A program made the position numbers and the translations under genes. From Pseudoalteromonas tetraodonis (GTDB lineage: Bacteria > Pseudomonadota > Gammaproteobacteria > Enterobacterales > Alteromonadaceae), in assembly GCF_002310835.1 (NCBI RefSeq), contig NZ_CP011041.1, forward strand, positions 990,001 to 1,022,000: a stretch of DNA of 32,000 nt. Reading direction: 5' to 3'. The notes under the pieces were generated by a model that was given only the letters and a program-made list of their open reading frames with translations, was not told where the DNA came from and did not search any database. Shown here in pieces: positions 9,481-18,480 of this stretch (its first letter is position 1; every line of letters starts with the position of its first letter).

Positions 9481-10113
9481 ATGAGTCAAGCATTTAGGTT
9501 TCCCACTTTAAATAAAAATGAGCAACATCAAACGCTGCAAGAGCGTTTAGATGCTGCTCAGCGTGTTGGTTTACAGCAGGGCTATGAAGAAGGGCTCGCG
9601 CAAGGGGCTGCCAATAAGCAAAGCGAATTAGAGCAACAAATGGAGCAACAAATAGAGTTGCGTGTTGCTGAGCGTCTTGAAGCGCAAAAAACACAGCTTA
9701 TTGAACGTTTTAACACTTTATTCGACAAAGCGAATAACGAACTACTTAACTTTAATGATGAGTTTAAACAAGACATTGCCTTGATGATAAACAAGTTAGC
9801 AGAGCACGTTATTGACTGCGAGCTAAAAGTACGCCCCGAAATACGCGCGCAGCTTATTGAAAAAGCCATTACCTTGCTTAGCAATCGCGATGTAGTAACA
9901 AAAGTTATGATCTCAGGGGCTGATCGCCACTGCTTTAATGATGCGCGTTTAGCTGAATTTTCGGTGCCGATTTACTTTGATGAGGCTCTGATCAGTGGAG
10001 ACGTTGAATTGGTGGCAGAGCAACAAACACATCGGTTTTCTTTTTCAGAGCGCCTACAAAGCTTACTGGGTGAAGTGATACCTGAAATACTCAAAGCGCA
10101 GCCACATGACTAA
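9481..10113 (+). CDS. fliH: Flagellar export ATPase regulator FliH
   Basis: 210 aa. It has a charged coiled-coil N-half (EGLAQGAANKQSELEQQMEQQIE) and a FliH-type C-domain. It lies between fliG and fliI, and its stop overlaps the fliI start. Confidence 0.8.
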   Translation: MSQAFRFPTLNKNEQHQTLQERLDAAQRVGLQQGYEEGLAQGAANKQSELEQQMEQQIELRVAERLEAQKTQLIERFNTLFDKANNELLNFNDEFKQDIALMINKLAEHVIDCELKVRPEIRAQLIEKAITLLSNRDVVTKVMISGADRHCFNDARLAEFSVPIYFDEALISGDVELVAEQQTHRFSFSERLQSLLGEVIPEILKAQPHD

Positions 10114-11455
10114 CCCCCTACACACTAGTTTAAAATCTGCGCTGACAGCGCTAACCCCGCCTGAATTAGTTAAAAGCTATGGTCGTTTAACACGAGTCAA
10201 TGGTTTAACACTTACCGCGACGGGTGGGCAATTCGCTATGGGCGAAAAGTACCAAGTTGAGAGTGTTGACGGTCACTGGTATGACGCTGAAGTTGTGGGT
10301 TTTAATCAAGATGAAGCCTATTTAATGCCCTTGAAAAAAATACAAAATTTATATTCTGGTGGGCGAGTCAGACCAGTTATAAAAAACAGCCATGTGGCTA
10401 TTTCAGAAAAGCTATTAGGGCGAGTAATTGATGCGCAAATGCAACCCATTGATAACTTAGGCCCACTTGAACAAGACAGCACAATGAGTGCTTGTAAATT
10501 GGGTAACGATTATTCTTTAACGCCACTGGAGCGCAAAGGCGTTACCGAGCCGTTAGATGTGGGTATTCGCGCTATTAATAGCCTATTTAGTGTGGGTAAA
10601 GGCCAGCGGTTAGGGTTATTTGCAGGTTCGGGTGTGGGTAAAAGTAAATTACTTGGCATGATGACCCGTTTTACCTCGGCCGATGTAGTTATTGTAAGCC
10701 TAGTCGGTGAGCGTGGTTGGGAAGTAAAAGATTTTATTGAGCAAAGCCTAGGTAAAGAAGGGCTAAAAAAGGCCATTGTAATAGCATCACCGGCGGACGA
10801 TTCTCCCTTATTGCGTATTAAAGCCGCCGAGCTTAGTCATAAACTGGCGGCCTATTTTAGAGATAAAAACTCAAATGTATTGCTATTAATGGACTCATTA
10901 ACCCGCTATGCGCAAGCACAGCGTGAAATTGGCCTATCGGTAGGCGAGCTGCCCGCATCTAAAGGGTACCCGCCATCGGTATTTAGTAAATTAACCCAGT
11001 TGGTTGAAAGCTCCGGTAATAGTGAAAAAAGTAAAGGCAGCATGACCGCCATTTATACGGTATTGGCTGAAGGCGACGATCAACAAGACCCAATAGCCGA
11101 TAACGCCCGAGCAATTCTTGATGGCCATATAGTATTGGATCGCACCTTAGCAGAAAAGGGCCACTATCCGGCCATTAATATTGGTTCATCGATTAGTCGA
11201 GTGATGCCAAATATAGTGAGCGATGAGCAATTGAGCTTTTGTTATAAATTGAAAAAACTTTATAGCCGCTATATGCAAGTACATGAGCTTATACCTTTAG
11301 GGGCGTATCAGGCAGGTAAAGATCCGGAACTCGACAGTGCGGTAAATTTGTATCCAAAAATCGAATCATTTTTATGCCAAGGATTGAACGAACAAGTGGA
11401 TTTCTCACAGTCAGTGAATCAGTTAAATGCAGTGATGGGTGAACTGAATGCTTAA
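10106..11455 (+). CDS. fliI: Flagellum-specific ATP synthase FliI
   Basis: 449 aa. It has Walker A GLFAGSGVGKSKLLG, Walker B VLLLMDSLTRYAQAQRE, and F1/T3SS-ATPase blocks (GSMTAIYTVLAEGDD, DGHIVLDR, GHYPAINI). Confidence 0.95.
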   Translation: MTNPLHTSLKSALTALTPPELVKSYGRLTRVNGLTLTATGGQFAMGEKYQVESVDGHWYDAEVVGFNQDEAYLMPLKKIQNLYSGGRVRPVIKNSHVAISEKLLGRVIDAQMQPIDNLGPLEQDSTMSACKLGNDYSLTPLERKGVTEPLDVGIRAINSLFSVGKGQRLGLFAGSGVGKSKLLGMMTRFTSADVVIVSLVGERGWEVKDFIEQSLGKEGLKKAIVIASPADDSPLLRIKAAELSHKLAAYFRDKNSNVLLLMDSLTRYAQAQREIGLSVGELPASKGYPPSVFSKLTQLVESSGNSEKSKGSMTAIYTVLAEGDDQQDPIADNARAILDGHIVLDRTLAEKGHYPAINIGSSISRVMPNIVSDEQLSFCYKLKKLYSRYMQVHELIPLGAYQAGKDPELDSAVNLYPKIESFLCQGLNEQVDFSQSVNQLNAVMGELNA

Positions 11456-11864
11456 TAAATTTTTAGGATTACAACAACAAAAATTAGATAAAATGCTGGC
11501 CGAGCAAACTCAATTACAACAAAGAAGTAACTTAGAGCAGCAGCGACTATTGCAGCTACAGCAGCACATAAACAGTATGGATAAAAACCAGCAAATGAGC
11601 TCAGCGATAAGCTTACAAAATTTATCAGGGATGAAACGCATTTTGTCTGGTTTGTCAGCGCAGCAACAAGCGCGGATTAATGATTCACAGCAAGATGAAT
11701 TACGTCAACAGCAAGCTTGTTTTAAGCAAATGAGCTTCACCAAAGGCATAGAAGGAATAGTGAGTAATAGGCATCGTGCTGATCAAAATAAAGCGCAGCA
11801 ACAAGAAGCTAAAGTTTTAGATGAAATGATCAGCCAAGCACATAGTCGTACCCTACATAAATAA
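11448..11864 (+). CDS. fliJ: Flagellar export chaperone/stalk protein FliJ
   Basis: 138 aa, Gln-rich and predicted coiled coil. Its start overlaps the fliI stop (ATGCTTAA). The assignment rests mainly on size, composition and its position after fliI. Confidence 0.7.
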   Translation: MLNKFLGLQQQKLDKMLAEQTQLQQRSNLEQQRLLQLQQHINSMDKNQQMSSAISLQNLSGMKRILSGLSAQQQARINDSQQDELRQQQACFKQMSFTKGIEGIVSNRHRADQNKAQQQEAKVLDEMISQAHSRTLHK

Positions 11865-11912
11865 CTGCTAATTTTTGCTACAATGGCGGCAAAGTAATTT
11901 AGGGTAAATAGC

Positions 11913-14339
11913 GTGCTGCCGGTTCAAGAAATATATAACTCACTCATTGATGCATTAAAAGCCAACCCAATCACCTTACTGCAAGCGCCGCCTGGTGCAG
12001 GTAAATCAACGTGGTTGCCATTACAGCTTATGCGCGATGGGCATTATAAACACATAGTGATGTTGGAGCCTCGGCGCTTAGCTGCACGTAATATTGCCAA
12101 TTATTTAGCGCATTGCCAAAACGAATCCCTTGGACAAAGTGTTGGTTTACGGGTGCGAGGTGAGAGTAAAGTAAGTGCGAACACGCGCCTTGAAATAGTC
12201 ACCGAAGGCATGCTGACACGCATGTTACAAAATGACCCTGAGCTCAGTGATGTTGATTTACTGATTTTTGATGAGTTTCATGAGCGCTCTATCGCAGCAG
12301 ATACCGCGCTGGCTTTTGCTTTAGAATCGCAAGCGGCGCTACGTGAAGACTTAACCATTATGCTGATGTCGGCCACCCTCGATAGCGATCGTTATACCGC
12401 ATTTTTTAATTGCCCAGTTATTCAGTCAAGCGGGCGAAGTTACCCGATTGACGAAATATATTGCCCAATAAAAGATGAAAGCCGCTGGCTTGATGCCATC
12501 CCCGCTATTATAAAACAAGCACTCAATGAGCAAACCGGCAGTGCGCTGGTATTTTTACCCGGCCAACGAGAAATACTGCGCGTGCAACAAGCATTGAGCG
12601 ACTTACCTAGTAACTGCCTAGTCGCCACTTTATTTGGTGAGCAAGATAAAGCCAATCAACAAGCTGCAATAGCACCTGCGCCTCAAGGGATGCGAAAAGT
12701 AGTACTGACCACCAATGTTGCCGAAACCAGCTTAACCATTGAAGGCATTCGAATTGTGATTGATAGCGGCAAGCGCCGTGCAGCCAGCTTTAATTTAAAA
12801 ACCGGTGTCACTGAGCTGACGACTCAAAGTATATCGCGTTCATCGGCAGTACAACGCGCAGGGCGTGCAGGACGAATAGAACCAGGGGTTGTGTATCGGT
12901 TAGGTTCCAAACAAACTTTTGAGCGACGAAACAGCCACGATAACCCTGATATTCTTACCTCAGATATTAGCCAACTGATGCTAGAGGCGAAGCAGTGGGG
13001 TGCAAGTATTAGTGAACTCACCTTACTTGACCCGCCGAGTGAGCAACAATGCAGCCAAGCTACTAATTTATTATCTATGCTTGAAGCTATAGATAGCCAC
13101 GGTAAGCTCACCACGCTGGGTAGTAAAATGTTGGGCTTTGGTGCCGATATTCGCTTAGCGCATATGTTATTAAAAGCGCAAATGCTAGAACCACAGTTAA
13201 GCGGAATTTATCGCTTAGCTATTTATTTAGTCGCCTTACTAGAAAGCCGAGTTAGTACTGCCAATGAGCTCAACCTAGCACTGCATAGTCAACAGCAGCG
13301 TCCGCATCCTGTGTTTAAGCAACAATTAAATTATTGGTTAAAACGCTTAAAATTTACCGACAGCAAAACAGATTTAAACACCGATCATTTAAGCTTATTA
13401 GTGTCGCTTGCCTACCCAGATCGCATCGCTAAAAAACGCGGTAATGGCTACTTACTTGCTAATGGCGCAGGGGCCGAGCTAAACCCTGACTACTGGCATA
13501 ATGACGAATATATAGCTATTGCCAGTATGGGCGGACACAAAGGCGGGCGAGTTTTTGCGGCCACGGCGCTAAATCCAGTAGCGCTTAAAGAGTATTTACC
13601 GCATTTATTCACTGAGTTGATCCGCTGCGAGTTTGATGAAAAAGCTGCTCGGTTTATTCATCAAGATGAAGTAAAACTTGGGGAAATTACCCTTAGTAGC
13701 CAACCAAGTAAACATAAGCTTGATAAAACAGAGCGCACCAAGGCATGGCTTAGTGTGTTTGCCAAACAGGGCTTTTCACTGTTTAACGAGCAAAAAGAAA
13801 GTGAGCAGTTACTTATTAGAATGTGCCTAGCCAGCAAATTGATGCCAGAACAGTTTCCTGTTATTAATCAGCAGCAGCTCATTGAAACAGCAGGTGATTG
13901 GTTAGGGGTATACCTTGAAGATATTAAAACCCTTGAGCAACTTAAAAAGTTTAATTATTTTGAGGCACTACAAAACTGTTTTAATTGGCAACAGCAAAGC
14001 GAGCTAAAATCTTTACTCCCACTGCGACTAACAGTACCAAGTGGCTCTAACATAAAAATTGAATACCAACTTGATGGACCTGCCAAGCTTAGTGTGCGCA
14101 TGCAAGAGGTATATGGTTTAACCAGTACACCTATGTTAGCTAACGGTAAATTAGCATTGCTAATGGAGTTGTTATCGCCAGGCAAGCGTTCACTACAGTT
14201 AACCCAAGACTTAGCACATTTTTGGAATAGTAGTTACCGCGAGGTACAAAAAGAGATGAAAGGGCGCTACCCCAAGCACTTTTGGCCAGACGACCCTGCC
14301 AATAGCGTTGCCACCAATAGAGTAAAAAGCAGAATGTGA
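11913..14339 (+). CDS. hrpB: ATP-dependent DEAH-box RNA helicase HrpB
   Basis: GTG start, 808 aa. Motifs are APPGAGKST (I), LIFDEFHERS (II, DEFH), MSATLD (III), TNVAETSLTIEGI (V) and VQRAGRAGR (VI). It also has the HrpB-specific C-terminal domain ending KHFWPDDP. Confidence 0.9.
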   Translation: MLPVQEIYNSLIDALKANPITLLQAPPGAGKSTWLPLQLMRDGHYKHIVMLEPRRLAARNIANYLAHCQNESLGQSVGLRVRGESKVSANTRLEIVTEGMLTRMLQNDPELSDVDLLIFDEFHERSIAADTALAFALESQAALREDLTIMLMSATLDSDRYTAFFNCPVIQSSGRSYPIDEIYCPIKDESRWLDAIPAIIKQALNEQTGSALVFLPGQREILRVQQALSDLPSNCLVATLFGEQDKANQQAAIAPAPQGMRKVVLTTNVAETSLTIEGIRIVIDSGKRRAASFNLKTGVTELTTQSISRSSAVQRAGRAGRIEPGVVYRLGSKQTFERRNSHDNPDILTSDISQLMLEAKQWGASISELTLLDPPSEQQCSQATNLLSMLEAIDSHGKLTTLGSKMLGFGADIRLAHMLLKAQMLEPQLSGIYRLAIYLVALLESRVSTANELNLALHSQQQRPHPVFKQQLNYWLKRLKFTDSKTDLNTDHLSLLVSLAYPDRIAKKRGNGYLLANGAGAELNPDYWHNDEYIAIASMGGHKGGRVFAATALNPVALKEYLPHLFTELIRCEFDEKAARFIHQDEVKLGEITLSSQPSKHKLDKTERTKAWLSVFAKQGFSLFNEQKESEQLLIRMCLASKLMPEQFPVINQQQLIETAGDWLGVYLEDIKTLEQLKKFNYFEALQNCFNWQQQSELKSLLPLRLTVPSGSNIKIEYQLDGPAKLSVRMQEVYGLTSTPMLANGKLALLMELLSPGKRSLQLTQDLAHFWNSSYREVQKEMKGRYPKHFWPDDPANSVATNRVKSRM

Positions 14340-14559
14340 TCACGCTTCCTTAATGTCACTTAATGTTAAACGTTGACGATACAAATAACGAACATTTTTG
14401 GGCGTTTTACAAGCGACTAAACTATTATTACTTTAATGCTGATATTTTACTGGGTAAGACTTATTACCCTAGTGTACATATGAGCCGTAAGGTAGCGAGC
14501 GTTTGTAACTAATTGAAGATGCAGCTAACAATCTAAAAGTGATAATAGAGGGAACATGC

Positions 14560-15111
14560 ATGAAAGGCGTTATCTTTAGAGGGCTTGAGGCACTGGTTAT
14601 TGAAAAATGTGGCATGGCAGCATGGGACGACTTACTTGAAAAAAATGCACCGGAGGGTCGTGTTTATATTTCTGCAGAAAGTTATCCAGATGAAGAAATA
14701 GTTGGTTTAGCACAAGATGTAGCAACTGCACTTTCTATGTCTATGCCAGAGGTATTAAAGGCCTTTGGTGAGTATTTATTTTCTCACTTAAAGGCACGTC
14801 ATCCAAGCATTGTTGCTAACTTTAATTGTTTTGCTGATCTCATTATTGGTATTGATAAAGTAATTCATGTTGAAGTAGCTAAGCTTTATCATGAGCCTAA
14901 TTTACCTGAAATTGACGCCCAAATTATTGAAGACGGGTTTATTTTAATGCGTTACAACTCTAAGCGACAGCTTTGTATGTGCGCCGAAGGGCTTATTTTT
15001 GGTGCTGCGGCTCATTATGGGGTTGATGCTAAACTTAATCATGCCCAGTGTATGCATGATGGGTTTGATTCGTGTTTAATTGAAATAAAATATGAGACTC
15101 CCCATGGCTGA
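14560..15111 (+). CDS. hnoX: H-NOX (heme nitric oxide/oxygen-binding) sensor protein
   Basis: The ATG at 14560 (SD AGAGGGA upstream) gives the MKGVIFRGLEALV start typical of bacterial H-NOX; the listed GTG at 14539 is less likely. The proximal His is at residue 103 (codon 14866-14868, KVIHVEV). The heme-propionate motif Y-x-S-x-R (YNSKR) is at 14953-14967. Length is 183 aa. Confidence 0.85.
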   Translation: MKGVIFRGLEALVIEKCGMAAWDDLLEKNAPEGRVYISAESYPDEEIVGLAQDVATALSMSMPEVLKAFGEYLFSHLKARHPSIVANFNCFADLIIGIDKVIHVEVAKLYHEPNLPEIDAQIIEDGFILMRYNSKRQLCMCAEGLIFGAAAHYGVDAKLNHAQCMHDGFDSCLIEIKYETPHG

Positions 15112-16055
15112 AGACGACTACAATTATAAAAAAGCGTATTTGCGCGAAAAATCAGCCAGAGATCAATTAGAAACCCTACTAGAAGACAAAACACGGGCAT
15201 TGTTTATTGTTAATCAAGAGCTGGAAGAAAAGCTCGAAACGGTCAAAAACCAACAAATAACCTTAATGCAAAGTGAAAAAATGGCCACGCTAGGGACACT
15301 CTCTGCTGGGATGGCCCACGAAATAAATAACCCGCTTGCTTACATAACCAGCAATGTAGAAAGTATAAAATTTATAAAGCCCGTGTTGGTTTCGTTAATG
15401 ACGGCGGCTCAACAATTTGTAGATAAATCGATTTCAGTATCGCAGTTAGAGTCTATTTTAGTTCAGCTCAATCAAGAGAACGATTTAAGCTTTATTGTGG
15501 ACGATATTGATGACTTAGTTGATGATACCCAAGAGGGATTAGAACGTATCGCTCATATTGTTAATAACCTTGTTGACTTTGCAAGCCTAAAAGACAACGT
15601 AACTGCAATGGCAGATATTACAGAATCACTCAATAGCACACTAAAACTACTCGACAACCAGCTAGGGACATGTGCTATAGAGTTACACATTGAAAAGTTA
15701 CCTCTAACACGGTGTAATATATCATCGATGAAACAAGTGTTTGTAAACTTATTAATTAATGCCAAACACGCCTGCGACGATTTGCGCGATCAGCAAGGAA
15801 AAATAAGTGTTAAGCTGTTTGCCAATGAAAACAATATTTACATAGAGGTGGCAGATAACGGCTGTGGAATGGACGCTGATACACATTAAACAAATGTTCG
15901 ATCCCTTCTTTACCACTAAACCCGTAGGCCAAGGCACTGGTATGGGGATGGCTATAGTTTACAATGTACTTAAAGAGCACAATGGCACTATAGAGGTTGA
16001 AAGTAAAGTGGGTATGGGGTCTTTAATACGTTGTGTAATACCTATTGCTACATAA
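15104..16055 (+). pseudogene. hnoK: H-NOX-associated soluble histidine kinase (HnoK-like), reading frame broken by a 1-nt indel
   Basis: Two ORFs (15092-15889 and 15864-16055) together make one HisKA/HATPase_c kinase. They carry the H-box GMAHEINNPLAY (His codon 15317-15319), N-box NLLINAKHA and G1 box VADNGCGM in frame 2. The F/G2 boxes [22 protein letters not shown] are in the next frame. Skipping one base near 15879-15886 gives [18 protein letters not shown], which has normal spacing. The ATG at 15104 overlaps the hnoX stop (ATGGCTGA). Confidence 0.8.
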
Positions 16056-16131
16056 CTTTGTAAGCTTAAAGTTTACAATGCAGGCATGGCTACAAAGTGT
16101 GTTGTGGCTATTGAGCGTAGGTATAAGTATC

Positions 16132-16353
16132 TTAACTCGATACTTCTTGTCCGCCGTGTTGCTCGGCTAAATCATCAAGTTCGGCAACCGTATAATCAAA
16201 TCCGCTTTCATCATATTCGTAGCTTACTTTAACGCTGTCGCCGCCATTAAAAAGACGTGTTTTTACGTCATTGACTGGCCAATCTTTTAATTCGTGTAAA
16301 AAGCGGTTGGCTACTTGTGATGACTCAAACCGATAACTAATCTCTGTTTTCAT
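16132..16353 (-). CDS. Small acidic hypothetical protein (73 aa)
   Basis: This is the only long ORF in a gap that would otherwise be 490 bp of non-coding sequence. The sequence is non-repetitive and ends in an acidic tail (DESGFDYTVAELDDLAEQHGGQE). The SD is weak and I recognise no family. Confidence 0.45.
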   Translation of the reverse strand: MKTEISYRFESSQVANRFLHELKDWPVNDVKTRLFNGGDSVKVSYEYDESGFDYTVAELDDLAEQHGGQEVSS

Positions 16354-16545
16354 AAATAATAATACCCTGATAATTTTACCCCCGTAGTTTGTTGATTTTT
16401 ACCAAGGAGTCAAGTTATCAACTTTAAAAGGGCAATAAATTATGACTTTATAGATACTTATCGGTCATAGTAATCTAAATTGGAGTGTTAACAGTATAAA
16501 GCTTGTTTAAAAAACAATAATCATATAACAATAACGGAGTAGGCA

Positions 16546-17259
16546 ATGAAACATTTAGTGACCTTAGTTGGGCTTATCGCTTTTTTAATGGTGGTACTAC
16601 CGGGACCTCTTTATAAATTTAATATTGTTGAACTAGGTACTGCCTTTGCTGGTTTTAGATTAGGCGTTTATGTTGGTGGGGCAGCATTAGCCTTATTATT
16701 AGTTCAAGTGCTATTCATGCGTAAAACAGTGAGCCTAACCAGTGCAGTGGTCACGGTTATTTTTGCAGCTGTTGCGATTGCAATGCCGATTAACATGATG
16801 AATACAGCAAAAAGTGTTCCGCCAATTCATGATATTTCTACCGATTTAATTAACCCACCTAAGTTTGTTGCGGTTGTGCCTTTGCGTGCTGATGCACCTA
16901 ACCCTGTTGCTTACGCGGGTGAAGAAACGGCAGCGCAGCAACGTGAAGCGTACCCAGAACTAAAACCGCTCGAGTACAACCAAACCCAAACAGAGCTGGT
17001 GGCAGCAATTACTAAAGCCATGGAAAACTTAGGCTGGGAACTGGTTAATAGTGATGTTAATAATGGCATTGTTGAAGCAACAGACACCACGACCTGGTTT
17101 GGCTTTAAAGACGATGTTGTGGTTCGTATTAACGATAAAGGCAGTAAGCGTGTGGTCGACATACGTAGTAAATCACGCATTGGTAAAAGTGATTTAGGTA
17201 AAAATGCACAGCGTATTAAAACACTGATTGACGAGTTAAATGCCGTTGTTGTGGAATAA
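16546..17259 (+). CDS. DUF1499 family membrane protein
   Basis: SD ACGGAG precedes the ATG. It has three N-terminal TM segments. The C-domain carries DUF1499-like motifs (PPIHDISTD..NPPKF, WFGFKDDVVVRI, SKSRIGKSDLGKNAQRIKTL). Confidence 0.65.
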   Translation: MKHLVTLVGLIAFLMVVLPGPLYKFNIVELGTAFAGFRLGVYVGGAALALLLVQVLFMRKTVSLTSAVVTVIFAAVAIAMPINMMNTAKSVPPIHDISTDLINPPKFVAVVPLRADAPNPVAYAGEETAAQQREAYPELKPLEYNQTQTELVAAITKAMENLGWELVNSDVNNGIVEATDTTTWFGFKDDVVVRINDKGSKRVVDIRSKSRIGKSDLGKNAQRIKTLIDELNAVVVE

Positions 17260-17378
17260 TTGAATACTAATAAACAGCCCTGCACTTTATGGGGCTATTT
17301 GCAGTTGCACATGATCAGCTTATGTTCATAGCTGACAATGCATACTGTGGATGATTTTTAATAAACTATGGAGTTATT

Positions 17379-18425
17379 ATGAAAACAGTCGGATATGCAG
17401 CAAAAAGCCAAGGTTCTGAGCTTACAGAGTTTTCTTTTGAGCGCCGCGATTTACGAAATAACGATGTAGCAATAGAAATTTTATATTGTGGTGTGTGCCA
17501 TTCAGACTTACACGCAGTGCGTAACGACTGGGGGGGTAGTAATTACCCATTAGTTCCTGGGCACGAAATTGTAGGTAAAGTAATATCAGTCGGTAGTGAT
17601 GTAAAAAAATACAAACAAGGCGATACCGTTGCCGTAGGGTGTATGGTTGACTCCTGCCAAAGCTGTGACCAATGTGATAATCACGAAGAGCAATTTTGTC
17701 GTGAAGGCATGGTCGGTACTTACAGCGGAACCGATAGAGTTAACGGCGAAATGACTCAAGGTGGTTACTCTAAACACGTTGTAGTACGCGAAGAGTTTGT
17801 ATTATCAGTGCCTGAAAACTTAGAATTATCGCGCGTGGCGCCGTTACTTTGCGCCGGTATTACTACTTATTCACCGTTACATAAATGGGGTGTAAAAACA
17901 GGTAGCCGTGTTGCTGTGGTAGGCCTTGGTGGATTAGGTCATATGGCGGTTAAAAATGCAGTAGCAATGGGTGCAACCGTTACTGTTATTGGTCGTACAG
18001 AGTCTAAAAAAGAAGATGCAATTAAGCTCGGCGCACAGCATTATTTAGTATCAAACAATGATGATGAAATGAAAAATGCGCAGTCAGCGTTTGATGTCAT
18101 TATTGATACCGTGCCTGTAAAGCATGACTTATCAATTTACACACCACTACTTGATATCGATGGTACCTTGGTTATTGTTGGCCAAGTAGGCCCAGTAGAT
18201 GAGCTAAACACAGTTCCTCTTTTAATGGGTCGTCGTCGTGTGGCTGGTTCGTTAATTGGCGGCATTGCAGAAACACAGCAAATGCTTGATTTTTGTGGTG
18301 AGCACAACGTACTGCCAGAGTGCGAAATGATCAACATAGACGAAATTAACACCGCTTATGAGCGTATGGAACGCTCTGATGTGAGATACCGTTTTGTTAT
18401 TGATATGTCATCTATTAGCGTTTAA
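17379..18425 (+). CDS. Zinc-dependent NAD(P) alcohol/aldehyde dehydrogenase, YahK/cinnamyl-alcohol-dehydrogenase-like
   Basis: Catalytic Zn motifs are YCGVCHSDLH and GHEIVGKV. The structural Zn Cys cluster is CQSCDQCDNHEEQFC. The Rossmann motif is VVGLGGLGHMAV. SD GGAG precedes the start. Length is 348 aa. Confidence 0.9.
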   Translation: MKTVGYAAKSQGSELTEFSFERRDLRNNDVAIEILYCGVCHSDLHAVRNDWGGSNYPLVPGHEIVGKVISVGSDVKKYKQGDTVAVGCMVDSCQSCDQCDNHEEQFCREGMVGTYSGTDRVNGEMTQGGYSKHVVVREEFVLSVPENLELSRVAPLLCAGITTYSPLHKWGVKTGSRVAVVGLGGLGHMAVKNAVAMGATVTVIGRTESKKEDAIKLGAQHYLVSNNDDEMKNAQSAFDVIIDTVPVKHDLSIYTPLLDIDGTLVIVGQVGPVDELNTVPLLMGRRRVAGSLIGGIAETQQMLDFCGEHNVLPECEMINIDEINTAYERMERSDVRYRFVIDMSSISV

Positions 18426-18445
18426 TACGCTAAAGAGTAAAATGT

Positions 18446-18474
18446 AAAAAAGAGCCGCTTAGCGGCTCTTTTTG
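18446..18474. terminator. Bidirectional rho-independent terminator between the convergent ADH and MFS genes
   Basis: AAAAA-AGAGCCGC-tta-GCGGCTCT-TTTT. It is an 8-bp GC-rich stem (18451-18458 with 18462-18469) flanked by an A-run and a T-run. Confidence 0.8.
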
Positions 18475-18480
18475 TTTTTA

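Noticed and set aside
14363-14512. 49-codon plus-strand ORF in the hrpB-hnoX intergenic region
   Set aside because: It has no SD. Its composition is odd and Tyr/Asn-rich, as expected from AT-rich non-coding DNA (MLNVDDTNNEHFWAFYKRLNYYYFNAD...). It is most likely chance.
15864-16055. 63-aa ORF as an independent gene
   Set aside because: It encodes only the F/G2 boxes of an HATPase_c domain, has no SD, and overlaps the upstream kinase ORF. It is the 3' part of the frameshifted kinase.
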